From Sphingomonadales bacterium (lineage in GTDB: Bacteria > Pseudomonadota > Alphaproteobacteria > Sphingomonadales > Sphingomonadaceae), in assembly GCA_038316685.1 (NCBI GenBank), contig JBBQAU010000001.1, positions 1 through 46,883 of the forward strand: DNA of 46,883 bases, written 5' to 3'. Within the stretch, counting starts at the first letter, position 1, and the number at the start of each line of letters is the position of its first letter. Below are positions 10,849 to 20,243 of this stretch, in pieces. Made by a program: the position numbers and the translations under genes. The notes beneath the pieces are model-generated. The model worked only from the letters and a program-made list of their open reading frames with translations, was not told the DNA's origin and made no database searches.

Positions 10849-11816
10849 GCTGCCATCACCTTCTGGTCAACCGTGTCCGTGAAGTGTGCGATCTTGCGGC
10901 CAAGCCAAATCTTGACCGTCAGTTCGCCACCCTCAAGTGTTTCTATCCTGCCGGGAGCAAGGCCTGCCGACTGGAACCAATTTAATATCTGTTCGTCAGA
11001 AAACCCGAGCCGCGTATGCGCATCGCGCGCGCGCAGCTCTTCGCGCTCATGCGGCGCGAAATCGACGATCAGCAACCGTCCACCCGATTCAAGAACGCGC
11101 GCCGCCTCTGCAATCGCCGCGCCGGGCTGCTGCGCAAAGTGCAGCACGTGGTGCAGCAAGGCGGCATTTGCCGCGCCATCCGCCATCGGCAGTGCATAAA
11201 GGTCTGCCTGTCGCAGGTCGATATTTTCGAGTCCGCGCTCGGTAAGTTTGGCGCGCGCCAGCCGAAGCATTTCCGAGCTGCGATCAATACCGAGCGCCTG
11301 CGCTGCCTGAGGCCCAAACAACTCAAGCATCCGGCCCGTGCCCGTGCCGATGTCAATCAGCCGCGCAATCGGCGCGTCCCCCAACACCTTGCGCATCATC
11401 GATTCGACTTGCGATTCCGCAATGTGCAAAGACCGGATTGCGTCCCATTGTTGCGCGTTCGCCTCAAACCAGGCATTGGCGGCAGCGGCGCGGTCCGCGC
11501 GCACCGCAGCGAGCCTTGCCGCATCGGCAACCGCCCAGTGATCTGAATCAAGATCACGCCAGGCCTTCAGCGCAATAACCACAGGGGCAACGCGCTCTGG
11601 CATGCCAAGCGCGAGAAAAACCCAGCTGCCTTCCTTGCGCCGTTCTGCCAAACCCGCATCGCACAGGATTTTTACGTGACGCGACACGCGTGGCTGGCTT
11701 TGGCCAAGCACCTGTGCGAGCTCACCAACCGATAGCTCCATCGATTGCAAAAGCGCCATGATCCGCAGCCGGGTCGCGTCCGCCAACGCACGGAAAATGT
11801 CGAGAGCAACGTTCAT
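10845..11816 (-). CDS. sahR: ArsR-HTH + SAM-binding methyltransferase-fold regulator of methionine metabolism (SahR type)
   Basis: ArsR HTH (FRALADATRLRI...QSQPRVSRH) fused to DIGTGTG domain; first gene of the metF-metH operon, 4-bp overlap with metF. Confidence 0.85.
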   Translation of the reverse strand: MNVALDIFRALADATRLRIMALLQSMELSVGELAQVLGQSQPRVSRHVKILCDAGLAERRKEGSWVFLALGMPERVAPVVIALKAWRDLDSDHWAVADAARLAAVRADRAAAANAWFEANAQQWDAIRSLHIAESQVESMMRKVLGDAPIARLIDIGTGTGRMLELFGPQAAQALGIDRSSEMLRLARAKLTERGLENIDLRQADLYALPMADGAANAALLHHVLHFAQQPGAAIAEAARVLESGGRLLIVDFAPHEREELRARDAHTRLGFSDEQILNWFQSAGLAPGRIETLEGGELTVKIWLGRKIAHFTDTVDQKVMAA

Positions 11817-11824
11817 GGAACATC

Positions 11825-11844
11825 ATATAAAGATATCTTTATAT
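11825..11844. promoter_or_regulatory. SahR-type operator, perfect 20-bp palindrome
   Basis: ATATAAAGATATCTTTATAT lies 8 bp upstream of the sahR ATG and just downstream of a minus-strand TTGACG -35-like hexamer. Confidence 0.8.
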
Positions 11845-11941
11845 CTCGTCAATGGAGGCTCCACGCTGCTCCATCATTGCGTCAGCTTCGCGGGGTCGCT
11901 AGCAAACACGCTTGTGGCTTGTGACGAAAGGATGAGCGTCC

Positions 11942-12232
11942 ATGAAGAAGCTTTTGGCTGTTGTTGTGATCGTTGTTGGAACCGTGGGCGTTGCCGCATG
12001 CAGCCCTACTGCTCAGAATGAGACTGTTGAGGCCGGGCAGGCGATCGCCGCAGACGCCAATGCGACCATGAGCGAGGCGATCAGCGACGTCGATGCAGCG
12101 ACCGATAAGGCCCTGGGGGCTGCCCAAGCTAGAATTGACAATGCCAGTGATGCAATTTCCAATGCGACCGACAAAGCCAGAGATCATGTGGGCAATACAC
12201 TGGAATCCGCTGGCGCTGCCATCAAGCAATGA
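11942..12232 (+). CDS. Small Ala-rich lipoprotein, unknown function
   Basis: MKK + hydrophobic stretch + lipobox VAAC; AAGGA upstream; helical Ala/Asp/Thr-rich body. Confidence 0.75.
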   Translation: MKKLLAVVVIVVGTVGVAACSPTAQNETVEAGQAIAADANATMSEAISDVDAATDKALGAAQARIDNASDAISNATDKARDHVGNTLESAGAAIKQ

Positions 12233-12453
12233 CGGTTTTGGCGGGCGGATTAATCCTCAGACCTTATCGTGCAAGGCACAGCGTGGTGATTGCGTTGGCT
12301 CTGTTACTTTCGGCCTGCGGTGAAAAAGCCACCGACCCGAGTGGCGCGACGCTCAGCGAAGCGCGACAGTTGAATGAGGCGGCGGCGATGCTTGACGAAG
12401 ATAGTGTTTCCGCCAATGCCTTGGCCGACAATGACGCCGATGAGGAGCAATGA
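12229..12453 (+). CDS. Small acidic putative lipoprotein, unknown function
   Basis: ATGA overlap with the previous gene; hydrophobic stretch and lipobox LLSAC, then DPSGATLSEARQLNEAAAMLD. Start may be GTG 12283/12286. Confidence 0.6.
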   Translation: MTVLAGGLILRPYRARHSVVIALALLLSACGEKATDPSGATLSEARQLNEAAAMLDEDSVSANALADNDADEEQ

Positions 12454-12552
12454 TGACGCAGCATCAAGCGATCGGCGTCGCTCAGCGCTTGCGCGGCCAG
12501 ATGACGGTTGACCGAGCAATGACAAACCCGGCCGGCTGATTGCCGCTGCTGC

Positions 12553-13308
12553 TTATCCCACAAAAGCCCGCTCAAGCACGTAGCTGGCGGGGTGCGACAT
12601 CGTGCCCTCAACAAAACCCAGATCATCAAGAATTTTGGCAGTTTCTTTGATCATTGCCATCGAACCGCACAGCATCACCCGGTCCACGGCAGGGTCAAGG
12701 GCATAGCTGCCATCGCGGAGGCGATCGGTGATCCGACGTTGATCGCCATGCGCACTGGTGCCCGCCCGGGTCGCCACCCAATCATAATGAAATTTTGCCA
12801 GCGCCTCATCAGCAACCAGCGGATCGTCTGCAAGCCGCGAACTTAGCTGATCAAAATAAGCGAGATCCGCTTGATTTCGCACCGTATGCTGCACGGTCAG
12901 TTGATCGAAGCGATCATAGATTTCGGGGTCTCTGATCAGGCTCATCCACGGCGCGAGGCCCGTGCCTGTCCCCAGCATGTGCAAATTTTTGCCAGGGACA
13001 AGGGCATCAAGCACGAGGCTGCCGACAGATTTTTGCGCGAGCAGAATTTCATCGCCGGGTTTGATGTGCTGTAACCGCGACGTCAGGGGACCATCCGGCA
13101 CAATGATGCTGAGAAATTCGAGCTCTTCGGCATAATGTTGCGATGCCATTGAATAAGCGCGCATCACCGGACGACCCTCGACCATGAGGCCGAGCATGAC
13201 AAATTGACCGCTCAGGAATCGAAAGGTGGGCGGCCGGGTGATCTGGAAGGAAAAAAGACTTTCATTCCAGCGGCGTACGCCGATGACATGTTGAACCGTA
13301 TTTTGCAT
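12553..13308 (-). CDS. fpr: Ferredoxin/flavodoxin-NADP(+) reductase
   Basis: RAYSMAS FAD motif, GPLTSRL, GTGTGLAPW, MLCGS, C-terminal ERAFVG. Confidence 0.9.
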   Translation of the reverse strand: MQNTVQHVIGVRRWNESLFSFQITRPPTFRFLSGQFVMLGLMVEGRPVMRAYSMASQHYAEELEFLSIIVPDGPLTSRLQHIKPGDEILLAQKSVGSLVLDALVPGKNLHMLGTGTGLAPWMSLIRDPEIYDRFDQLTVQHTVRNQADLAYFDQLSSRLADDPLVADEALAKFHYDWVATRAGTSAHGDQRRITDRLRDGSYALDPAVDRVMLCGSMAMIKETAKILDDLGFVEGTMSHPASYVLERAFVG

Positions 13309-13370
13309 TCGACAACCTTGAAGCGAGATTGGGGGCTATAGAGTTCGGAACGTATGTCGAGTCCAGCATT

Positions 13371-13385
13371 TGTTGCATTGCAGCG
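13371..13385. promoter_or_regulatory. Possible PhaR-like operator upstream of fpr
   Basis: Imperfect palindrome TGTTGCATTGCAGCG with a TGC-N3-GCA core, about 63 bp upstream of fpr. Confidence 0.35.
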
Positions 13386-13399
13386 CGAAAGCGAAACTT

Positions 13400-14785
13400 T
13401 CAATCGCCTGCAAAGGTGATCGGCGATAGCCGTCTTTCCCGTTCGTTGACAATCAGCGCTCTGCCCGTTGGCGGGGCTGATCGCTGCGGACAATCTGAGC
13501 GGAAACAGGCGCGGCAGCCAAGGCCGATGGGCGTCGCATCGCCAGCAAGGTCGATCCCGCGCGCTATAGCGAGCGGTGCCGCAAGGCCCGCCTCGACACC
13601 AAGACCGACGGCGAATTCGGCACCGGTTGCGCCGTAACGGCGGCCTTGGGGCGTCACCGTTCGGGCCATTGTCAACCAACGGCCACCATCCTGAAGCTCG
13701 ACCAATTGGACCGTCAACGACCCCGGCCGATCAAAGGCCTGGTGCAACCGCCAGAGCGGACAACGACCATCGGCATCGACCAGTGCAGCCCCAACTGCGC
13801 CCGAAAAGCGCTTTGATACCTGCCCTGCGCGATCAATCCGGATCATGAAGAAAGGCAGGCCACGCGCGCCAACGCGCTGCAATGTCGTCAGCCGATGGGC
13901 AACCTGTTCAAACCCCGCGCCGAAGCGGCGTTGCAACAGTTCAATATCATACCCTGTTGACTCGCAAGCGCGTAAGAAACGCGCATAAGGCATCATCACG
14001 GCTGCGGCGAAATAGCTGATCAGATGGCGGCTAAACAGGCGTTCGCCGGCGCGATCCGCAAAGCCTGCCCCTTTAACAATGGCATCGATCTCCGCTCGTG
14101 CCTCAATCTGACCGAGCTGAAAGGCGGCCGCAAAGGCGCGCGATGCCGGATCGAGCAGTTCCGAAATTTGGACCTGTCGTGCGTGGAGATCAAGCCGCCG
14201 CAGAAAATCGGGCATCACCTCGACGGGCAGGACCCTGATCGTCAGTTGGTGCTTGACGCGCAGCCGCTCTGCGATCGCGCCGTAAAGATCGCCTGCCCCA
14301 AGCCGCATCTCGTCGGCGAGCGATTCAGCAGCGGCATCAAGATCGGAAAAATGGTTACGCCATCGCTCTATCTCGCGGCGCACTTTCGCGACCGGGTCCG
14401 GCACCGCATCTGTATTTGGCGCATGGCCGCCAAGCTGGTCATAGGTTCGGGCAAACGCTTCCACCCCGCCCGGTGCCGCGGCCAGCCATTCTTCAACTTC
14501 ATTCCGATCAAGTTCAAGATCGGCAAACATCGGATCAGCCAGTCGGCGGCGCACCGCTGCCTCCCCTCCACCAGGCTCGCTCGACGCAAGCGTGCGCGGA
14601 TCAAAATCAAATGACTGTGCAAGCCTGACCAGCAGCGATGCTGAAACTGGCCGCTGGTTGCGCTCAACAAGATTGAGATAGCTGGGTGATATCCCCAGGG
14701 CCTCGGCCATCGCCGCCTGCGTTAACATGGCCTGACGACGCAAGCGACGGATGGCGTGTCCGGCAAACAGCTTGCGTTCCGCCAT
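13400..14785 (-). CDS. Short-chain fatty acyl-CoA regulator family (ScfR/RamB/PccR-like XRE regulator)
   Basis: MAERKLFAG start, XRE HTH (ISPSYLNLVERNQRP), FEQVAHRLTTLQR, C-terminal Cys cluster GCRACFRSDCPQR. Confidence 0.9.
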   Translation of the reverse strand: MAERKLFAGHAIRRLRRQAMLTQAAMAEALGISPSYLNLVERNQRPVSASLLVRLAQSFDFDPRTLASSEPGGGEAAVRRRLADPMFADLELDRNEVEEWLAAAPGGVEAFARTYDQLGGHAPNTDAVPDPVAKVRREIERWRNHFSDLDAAAESLADEMRLGAGDLYGAIAERLRVKHQLTIRVLPVEVMPDFLRRLDLHARQVQISELLDPASRAFAAAFQLGQIEARAEIDAIVKGAGFADRAGERLFSRHLISYFAAAVMMPYARFLRACESTGYDIELLQRRFGAGFEQVAHRLTTLQRVGARGLPFFMIRIDRAGQVSKRFSGAVGAALVDADGRCPLWRLHQAFDRPGSLTVQLVELQDGGRWLTMARTVTPQGRRYGATGAEFAVGLGVEAGLAAPLAIARGIDLAGDATPIGLGCRACFRSDCPQRSAPPTGRALIVNERERRLSPITFAGD

Positions 14786-14847
14786 CGGCCTCTGCTCCAT
14801 GGGGTTCGGGCGACACAACGTCCGATGTTGTTGGAACGCTATCGTTG

Positions 14848-14864
14848 TTGTCATGAATTTACAA
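14848..14864. promoter_or_regulatory. Possible autoregulatory operator of the ScfR-family gene
   Basis: Imperfect inverted repeat TTGTCAT-GAA-TTTACAA in an AT-rich gap about 63 bp upstream of the start. Confidence 0.3.
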
Positions 14865-14880
14865 TATTACTTCGGTTGCA

Positions 14881-15540
14881 CTATTCGGGGCTGGGGAGAA
14901 TTTCGATTACGTCGATGAGTGATTCAAACCGGGGATACGGCATGACCAGCCGCCACTTTCGGGGTTCAATCTGCTCGACCACGCCCGCAACATCACGACC
15001 GCCGTCGCGCCCATAGCGCATCGGCCGGGTTTCATCGCCAAGGATTAGCGCACCGAGAAAATACGCCCTGTCAGGCCGGGCGGAAAACAGCGCACCCACC
15101 GGGCGATACTGGCCCTGAAGTAGCCGAAAAACAGTTATATTTGCTGATCTTAATATCTGGCAATCAACCGCCGGATAGGCCGTGAATTCAGCCATTGCGC
15201 TCCCTTTTGCCCCAAGCTTGAAGATGCGGCAACGATAGCGGCCAAACGGGGGGATTGCCGCCCCCAGAACGCGATCCGGGTTGAACAACAGACCTTGAGC
15301 GTCAATTTCAGGTTGGTGGCTGATCGCGGCGCGGGCGAGCCCTGCTGTCCAAGCCTCTCGCCAATGCCGAATTCGGTCGCGATCTGCCCTGGACGCCACT
15401 TGACGCCAATCGACGCTTGCGGGCGGCGGTATGATTTGGGCATTGGCCACAGGAACCGGCGACACTGCGAGGAGAACCGTCGTAATGCCCGTGCCGCGCA
15501 GCCAACGCCTCACCCTTGGCATTACACCTTCGTGCAACAT
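14881..15540 (-). CDS. DUF4893-like exported protein
   Basis: Signal-like N-terminus; WRQVASRADRDR, GRYRCRIFKLG, LGDETRPMRYG, RLVMPYPRFESLIDVIEI. Confidence 0.7.
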   Translation of the reverse strand: MLHEGVMPRVRRWLRGTGITTVLLAVSPVPVANAQIIPPPASVDWRQVASRADRDRIRHWREAWTAGLARAAISHQPEIDAQGLLFNPDRVLGAAIPPFGRYRCRIFKLGAKGSAMAEFTAYPAVDCQILRSANITVFRLLQGQYRPVGALFSARPDRAYFLGALILGDETRPMRYGRDGGRDVAGVVEQIEPRKWRLVMPYPRFESLIDVIEILPSPE

Positions 15541-15554
15541 TTTTTGCGTGCCCC

Positions 15555-16343
15555 TTATGCAGCAGTCCAGCCGCCATCGATTGACAAATTGGCACCGGTA
15601 ATCGCCTTGGCCTCGTTCCGGCAGAGGTAAAGCGCGAGCGCTGCGACTTGTTCCGACGTCACAAATTCCTTCGTCGGCTGTGCCGCAAGAAGCACATCGT
15701 TGATCACCTGATCGTGCGTCAGCCCGCGCGTTGCCATCGTTTCGGGAATTTGCTTCTCAACCAACGGCGTCCAGACATAGCCAGGGCTGATCGCGTTCAC
15801 CGTGATACCATGCGTGGCAACCTCCAGTGCAATCGTCTTGGTTAGCCCGGCGATGCCGTGCTTGGCCATGACATAAGCGGACTTGTTGGCGCTTGCGACC
15901 AGCGAGTGCGCCGATGCAGTGGAGATGATCCGTCCCCAGTTCTTGGCCTTCATATGGGGCACCGCGGCGCGGATCAGATACCAGGCTGATGTCAGGTTAA
16001 TCTTGATGATTGCCTCAAACTTATCGGCGGGGAAATCCTCAATCGGGCTCACATACTGAATGCCGGCATTGTTGACGATAATGTCGGGACCACCGATTTC
16101 CTGCGCACAGCGCGCGACCATCGCCGCGATCTGATCGGGATTGGTCATGTCAGCGGGATCGTAAAGCGCCTTGGCCCCGCTGGTTGTTTCAAGCGCGGCG
16201 CGCTCGCCCTCAATTGCCGCCGCATCGCCAAAGCCATTGATCATGACGCTCGCCCCTTCGGCGGCAAATGCCTTGGCATAGGCAAGGCCGATGCCCGAAG
16301 TCGAGCCGGTGATGATTGCGGTCTTTCCTTGCAGGAACATCAT
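15555..16343 (-). CDS. bdhA: 3-hydroxybutyrate dehydrogenase (SDR)
   Basis: TGSTSGIG, NNAGIQ, ASAHSLVASANKSAYVMAKHG, PGYVWTPLV. Confidence 0.92.
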   Translation of the reverse strand: MMFLQGKTAIITGSTSGIGLAYAKAFAAEGASVMINGFGDAAAIEGERAALETTSGAKALYDPADMTNPDQIAAMVARCAQEIGGPDIIVNNAGIQYVSPIEDFPADKFEAIIKINLTSAWYLIRAAVPHMKAKNWGRIISTASAHSLVASANKSAYVMAKHGIAGLTKTIALEVATHGITVNAISPGYVWTPLVEKQIPETMATRGLTHDQVINDVLLAAQPTKEFVTSEQVAALALYLCRNEAKAITGANLSIDGGWTAA

Positions 16344-16352
16344 CTTACTCCT

Positions 16353-17531
16353 TTAGCAGGGAATACCTGACCCGGACCGCTTGAGCCCGGCATTCGGGCA
16401 AAGATCAAAGGCGGCGCTGGCGCCTGTCAGGATATTCTCCGTCACAAGCTGGGCATTGCTCATCGCCTGGCCAATTGCGGCGAGGCCTGCAGACCAATGC
16501 TCGTTCATGGTGCGCGCAGAGAATTCCAGATCACGTCCGCCCCCTTCCCACACATTGGCGCGGTGAATGAGCTGAACCACGTTGATCGGATACTCCGCAA
16601 AGACGTGTCTCAGCGCCTGCACATCAGGATCATCCGCCATCGCCGCCGGTAGCTTGGCGAGTAAACGTCGGATCACGTCGCGCTCGCTCCGCAGCTTGAT
16701 CGCCTCATCACAGATTTGCCGGGTGCGGCTCGAAAAGCTGATCTCCTTGGCGCGGGCGATGACATCGCTCATTGTGCGCGGCAGAGCGCCGGTCGCCGGA
16801 AACAGATCGACCTGAAACACGAGCGTCGCATCATTTTGGTTATCGATGACATGGGTGAGCGGGGTATTCGAGACCAGCCCGCCGTCCCACCACATCCGGC
16901 CGTCAATCTCGACCGGGGGCAAGCCGGGCGGCAACGCGCCCGACGCCATGATGTGGCGGGCATCGAGCGCATCAGTACGCGTATCAAAATATCGAAAATT
17001 GCCGCTCTCAATATCAACCGCGCCGACCGAAAGTCGCACCGGCCCATTGTTGACCAGATTCCAGTCAATCAACGAATCGAGCGTGTCCCTTAATGGCGTG
17101 GAATCATAATAACTGAGCGCTGCCAGACTGCCCGAAATTGCCAATTGCGGTGGAACAAAACGCGGGCTGAAAAAGCCGGGGACACCTGTCGCCAGCACCA
17201 TGCCCGCTGACCATTCATGCAACATCTCGCGGATGAAATCATTCGGGAATATGGGAAAACTGGGCAAGGCGCTTGTCACGCCATCCCAAAACTTACGGAG
17301 CCGCTCAACGCGCCGATCGGGCGGATTGCCCGCCACAATTGCCGCGTTTATGGCACCAATCGAAATGCCGGCGACCCAATCTATGCCAATGCCCGACGAA
17401 GCCAGACCTTCGATGACGCCCGCCTGATAGCTGCCAAGCGCGCCGCCGCCCTGCAGCACGAGCGCAACCGTATTTGGCAATACAACAGGGATTGCGGAGG
17501 CACCGGCCATTTGGGAATCGATATCAGCCAT
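16353..17531 (-). CDS. Patatin-like phospholipase/esterase with C-terminal DUF3734-like region; candidate PHB-mobilising hydrolase
   Basis: LQGGGALG, GISIG (GxSxG), DGG catalytic Asp; directly upstream of bdhA. Confidence 0.85.
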   Translation of the reverse strand: MADIDSQMAGASAIPVVLPNTVALVLQGGGALGSYQAGVIEGLASSGIGIDWVAGISIGAINAAIVAGNPPDRRVERLRKFWDGVTSALPSFPIFPNDFIREMLHEWSAGMVLATGVPGFFSPRFVPPQLAISGSLAALSYYDSTPLRDTLDSLIDWNLVNNGPVRLSVGAVDIESGNFRYFDTRTDALDARHIMASGALPPGLPPVEIDGRMWWDGGLVSNTPLTHVIDNQNDATLVFQVDLFPATGALPRTMSDVIARAKEISFSSRTRQICDEAIKLRSERDVIRRLLAKLPAAMADDPDVQALRHVFAEYPINVVQLIHRANVWEGGGRDLEFSARTMNEHWSAGLAAIGQAMSNAQLVTENILTGASAAFDLCPNAGLKRSGSGIPC

Positions 17532-17677
17532 GTTTTTCGCAATGCGCCATGAGCGGCTTCAATTCAACGTCACCTCAGCGCATAAGTTCCGCCGTCTGCC
17601 CGATCACCGCATCCCAGCTTGCAACCGTTGTCGCGCTTGCGCATTCAGGTCAGTAACGATCTTGCAAGGAAATCGGC

Positions 17678-18616
17678 ATGCGGCTCGACGATTTTGATCC
17701 CAATATTGATGTGGGTGACCAGCGCGGGCGCGGTGGTGGCATGGGATTTGGTGGCGGTGGTGGCGGTGGCGGGATGCTGCTGGGTCTGCTGCCGTTCGTC
17801 TTCAGCCGGTTCGGGTGCGGCGGGGTTGCGGTGCTGCTGGCAGTTTTCGTGTTTTTCGGCGGCGGTTTGTCGTTGCTCGGCAGCGGTGAAGGCGGACAGG
17901 GCGCGGGCGGGGGCGGCTTTGCGCCCTCTGGTCAGATCGCTGGCCCGGCCACGGGTGCGGGCGCTACGTCTGCTGCCTGCTCGGTCGATGATGAGAGCAA
18001 GGCAATTTGCAATGCCTTTAGCTCCGCCAACAAGACCTGGACAGCGCTGTTCCAGCAGTCCGGGCGTGAATATAAATCGCCGATGCTGCAATTTTATGAT
18101 GGCAATGGCCAGTCTGGATGCGGCGCCGCGCAGGCGGCGATGGGGCCATTTTATTGCCCCAGCGACAATGGCATTTACATCGACACCAGTTTTTTTAGAG
18201 AGCTTGCGACCAGATTTGGCGCGCAGGGTGATTTCGCGCAAAATTATGTGATCGCGCATGAATTTGGGCATCACATCCAGAACTTGCTGGGTGATTCAGA
18301 ACGCGTCCAGCGCGCCCAGGCACGCGCCAGCCGCGCCGAGGGGAATGCGCTGTCCGTGCGATTGGAATTGCAGGCAGATTGTTATGCGGGGGTGTGGGGT
18401 GCGGTGAACAAGGCGCGGATGGACCCCGGTGATGTCGAAGAAGGTTTGGCGGCCGCCAAAGCAATTGGCGACGACACGCTCCAACGAGAGGCACAAGGCC
18501 GGGTCGTGCCGGACAGCTTTACCCATGGCAGTTCCGCTGACCGGATGAAGTGGTTGAAACGTGGGCTTGAAACTGGCGATCCGGCGCAGTGCGATACGTT
18601 CAGCAGCGGTATCTAG
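17678..18616 (+). CDS. ypfJ: Neutral zinc metallopeptidase, YpfJ family
   Basis: Gly-rich N-terminus + TM, GPFYCP, AHEFGHHIQ (HExxH), ELQADC, FTHGS. Confidence 0.88.
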   Translation: MRLDDFDPNIDVGDQRGRGGGMGFGGGGGGGGMLLGLLPFVFSRFGCGGVAVLLAVFVFFGGGLSLLGSGEGGQGAGGGGFAPSGQIAGPATGAGATSAACSVDDESKAICNAFSSANKTWTALFQQSGREYKSPMLQFYDGNGQSGCGAAQAAMGPFYCPSDNGIYIDTSFFRELATRFGAQGDFAQNYVIAHEFGHHIQNLLGDSERVQRAQARASRAEGNALSVRLELQADCYAGVWGAVNKARMDPGDVEEGLAAAKAIGDDTLQREAQGRVVPDSFTHGSSADRMKWLKRGLETGDPAQCDTFSSGI

Positions 18617-18626
18617 GGATCGTCAA

Positions 18627-19022
18627 TTGACCGTGTCCCCCGTTGAGATCGCGCGCTGGGCGCGCGGCTGGGCGATGTCGCACGGTTTGGCACCGCCCGT
18701 TCTGCCAGAATCACTACGTTTCGCGATCAGTGATCACGGCGGAACCACTCAAATCAATATTGTCGATAGCACGGCGCAGGTGATTGAGACGGGGCATATG
18801 TCGGTGATCGACGGCACGGCAGTTTTTGCCCGTGTGACGATCGATCCTGCCCGTCGGCGGCGCGGTCTGGGCCGCGCAATGATGGTTGCGCTGACCCAGG
18901 CTGCGCGATCGGGCGGTGCGCAGGACGGTCTTTTGACGGCAACCAAGGCAGGGCGCGCGCTCTATCTTTAGCTCGGCTGGATCGATCGCGCGCCCTGGAC
19001 GACCGCGCAAATCAAAGTTTGA
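18627..19022 (+). pseudogene. GNAT N-acetyltransferase with an in-frame TAG
   Basis: RRRGLGRAMM acetyl-CoA motif, then ATKAGRALYL*LGWIDRAPW: TAG at 18969-18971 interrupts the GRxLYxxLGW motif and the frame stays open to TGA 19020-19022. Confidence 0.7.
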
Positions 19023-20001
19023 CGAGCATCTTTCCCTTATTGCCGCCACTGAACAGTCCGATGAACGCATCGGGCACGCTGCCAATCCCCTCATGCACCG
19101 TCTCTTCGCGGGTCAGCTTGCCGCTTTGCAACCAGCCCGCCATGTCGGCATAAAACTCACCCGCGCGCGCCATATAATCGCTGACGATAAAACCCTGAAT
19201 GCGGATACGCGCGCCAATGATCCGCGCCGCAAAGCGCAACTTGGTCGGTGCGCCTGTATTATACATGTCGATCATGCCACAAATCGCAAAGCGCGCGCGC
19301 TCATTGGCAAGGCCGAGTGCTGCATCGAGATGCTCGCCGCCGACATTGTCGAAATAAACATCGATCCCGTCCGGCGCAGCTGCTGCCAGTTTTTTGAGCA
19401 GCGAGCCTTCCGCCTTATAATCGATGACGGCATCGGCACCGAGCGACTTGACCCAGGCGCATTTGTCTTCGCCGCCTGCCGAGCCAATCACGGTCATGCC
19501 CCTGGCCTTGGCAATCTGCACCACAGTCGAGCCAACCGCTCCGGCTGCTGCCGACACAAACACGACATCGCCCGGCTTGGCGCTCGCGACCTCGAGCAGA
19601 CCGAAATAGGCAGTCATGCCCGGCATCCCCATCTGACCGAGAAACGCCTGTGGCGGAACGCCGAGTGCAGGCAGTTTCTGCGCCTGGTTCGCCGGGATCA
19701 CCGCCTCATCGCGCCAGCCGGCCATGTGGAGCACCATATCGCCAATCGCATGGCCTTCCGCCGCGCTCTCGACAATCTCGCCAACCGCGCCGCCCTGCAT
19801 CGGCTCGCCCAGCGCGAAGGGAGGCGTGTAGCTTTTCACATCATTCATACGCCCGCGCATGTAGGGATCAACCGATAGCCATCGATTGGCGATGCGGACC
19901 ATGCCGGGACCGACGGCGTCGAGCGGGAGCGTGACCAGTTCAAAATTGTCGCCCGTAGGCGTGCCCATCGGCCGCGATTTCAGCGTCCATGCCTGCGTCA
20001 T
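19012..20001 (-). CDS. NADP-dependent oxidoreductase (MDR, prostaglandin reductase/CurA-like)
   Basis: LSVDPYMRGRM, GMPGMTAYFGL, SAAAGAVGS, YFDNVGG, GGNKGKMLV. Confidence 0.9.
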   Translation of the reverse strand: MTQAWTLKSRPMGTPTGDNFELVTLPLDAVGPGMVRIANRWLSVDPYMRGRMNDVKSYTPPFALGEPMQGGAVGEIVESAAEGHAIGDMVLHMAGWRDEAVIPANQAQKLPALGVPPQAFLGQMGMPGMTAYFGLLEVASAKPGDVVFVSAAAGAVGSTVVQIAKARGMTVIGSAGGEDKCAWVKSLGADAVIDYKAEGSLLKKLAAAAPDGIDVYFDNVGGEHLDAALGLANERARFAICGMIDMYNTGAPTKLRFAARIIGARIRIQGFIVSDYMARAGEFYADMAGWLQSGKLTREETVHEGIGSVPDAFIGLFSGGNKGKMLVKL

Positions 20002-20243
20002 CCTGATCTCCTGTTATTTTATTTTCGAAGCAAGGGTATGGGGCAAGCCGCCCGAAATGCAAGAGCGGGGAAGGTTGGTTCGCCGCCTATCAGCCCTCAA
20101 TTGCGTGGCTTCTGGCATGCCTGAAATCCGTCGGCGCCGTCGCTCACCCAGGCAAGCACCGCAATCGCACTACAGAGGCCAGCGGTTCGATTTCGCACGG
20201 CTCAGCTGACGATTGAAAGTCCGTCCTGCCCTACCCGCAGCTC

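Noticed and set aside
14846-14863. TGT-N12-ACA match upstream of the ScfR-family gene as a PpsR site
   Set aside because: Flanks lack the TGTC(A/C)A pattern of the PGC boxes and the context is not photosynthetic; better explained as an autoregulatory repeat or chance, and shows the short consensus can arise spuriously.
17721-17775. GGC/GGT triplet run as a DNA repeat
   Set aside because: Encodes the normal Gly-rich N-terminus of YpfJ-family proteins.
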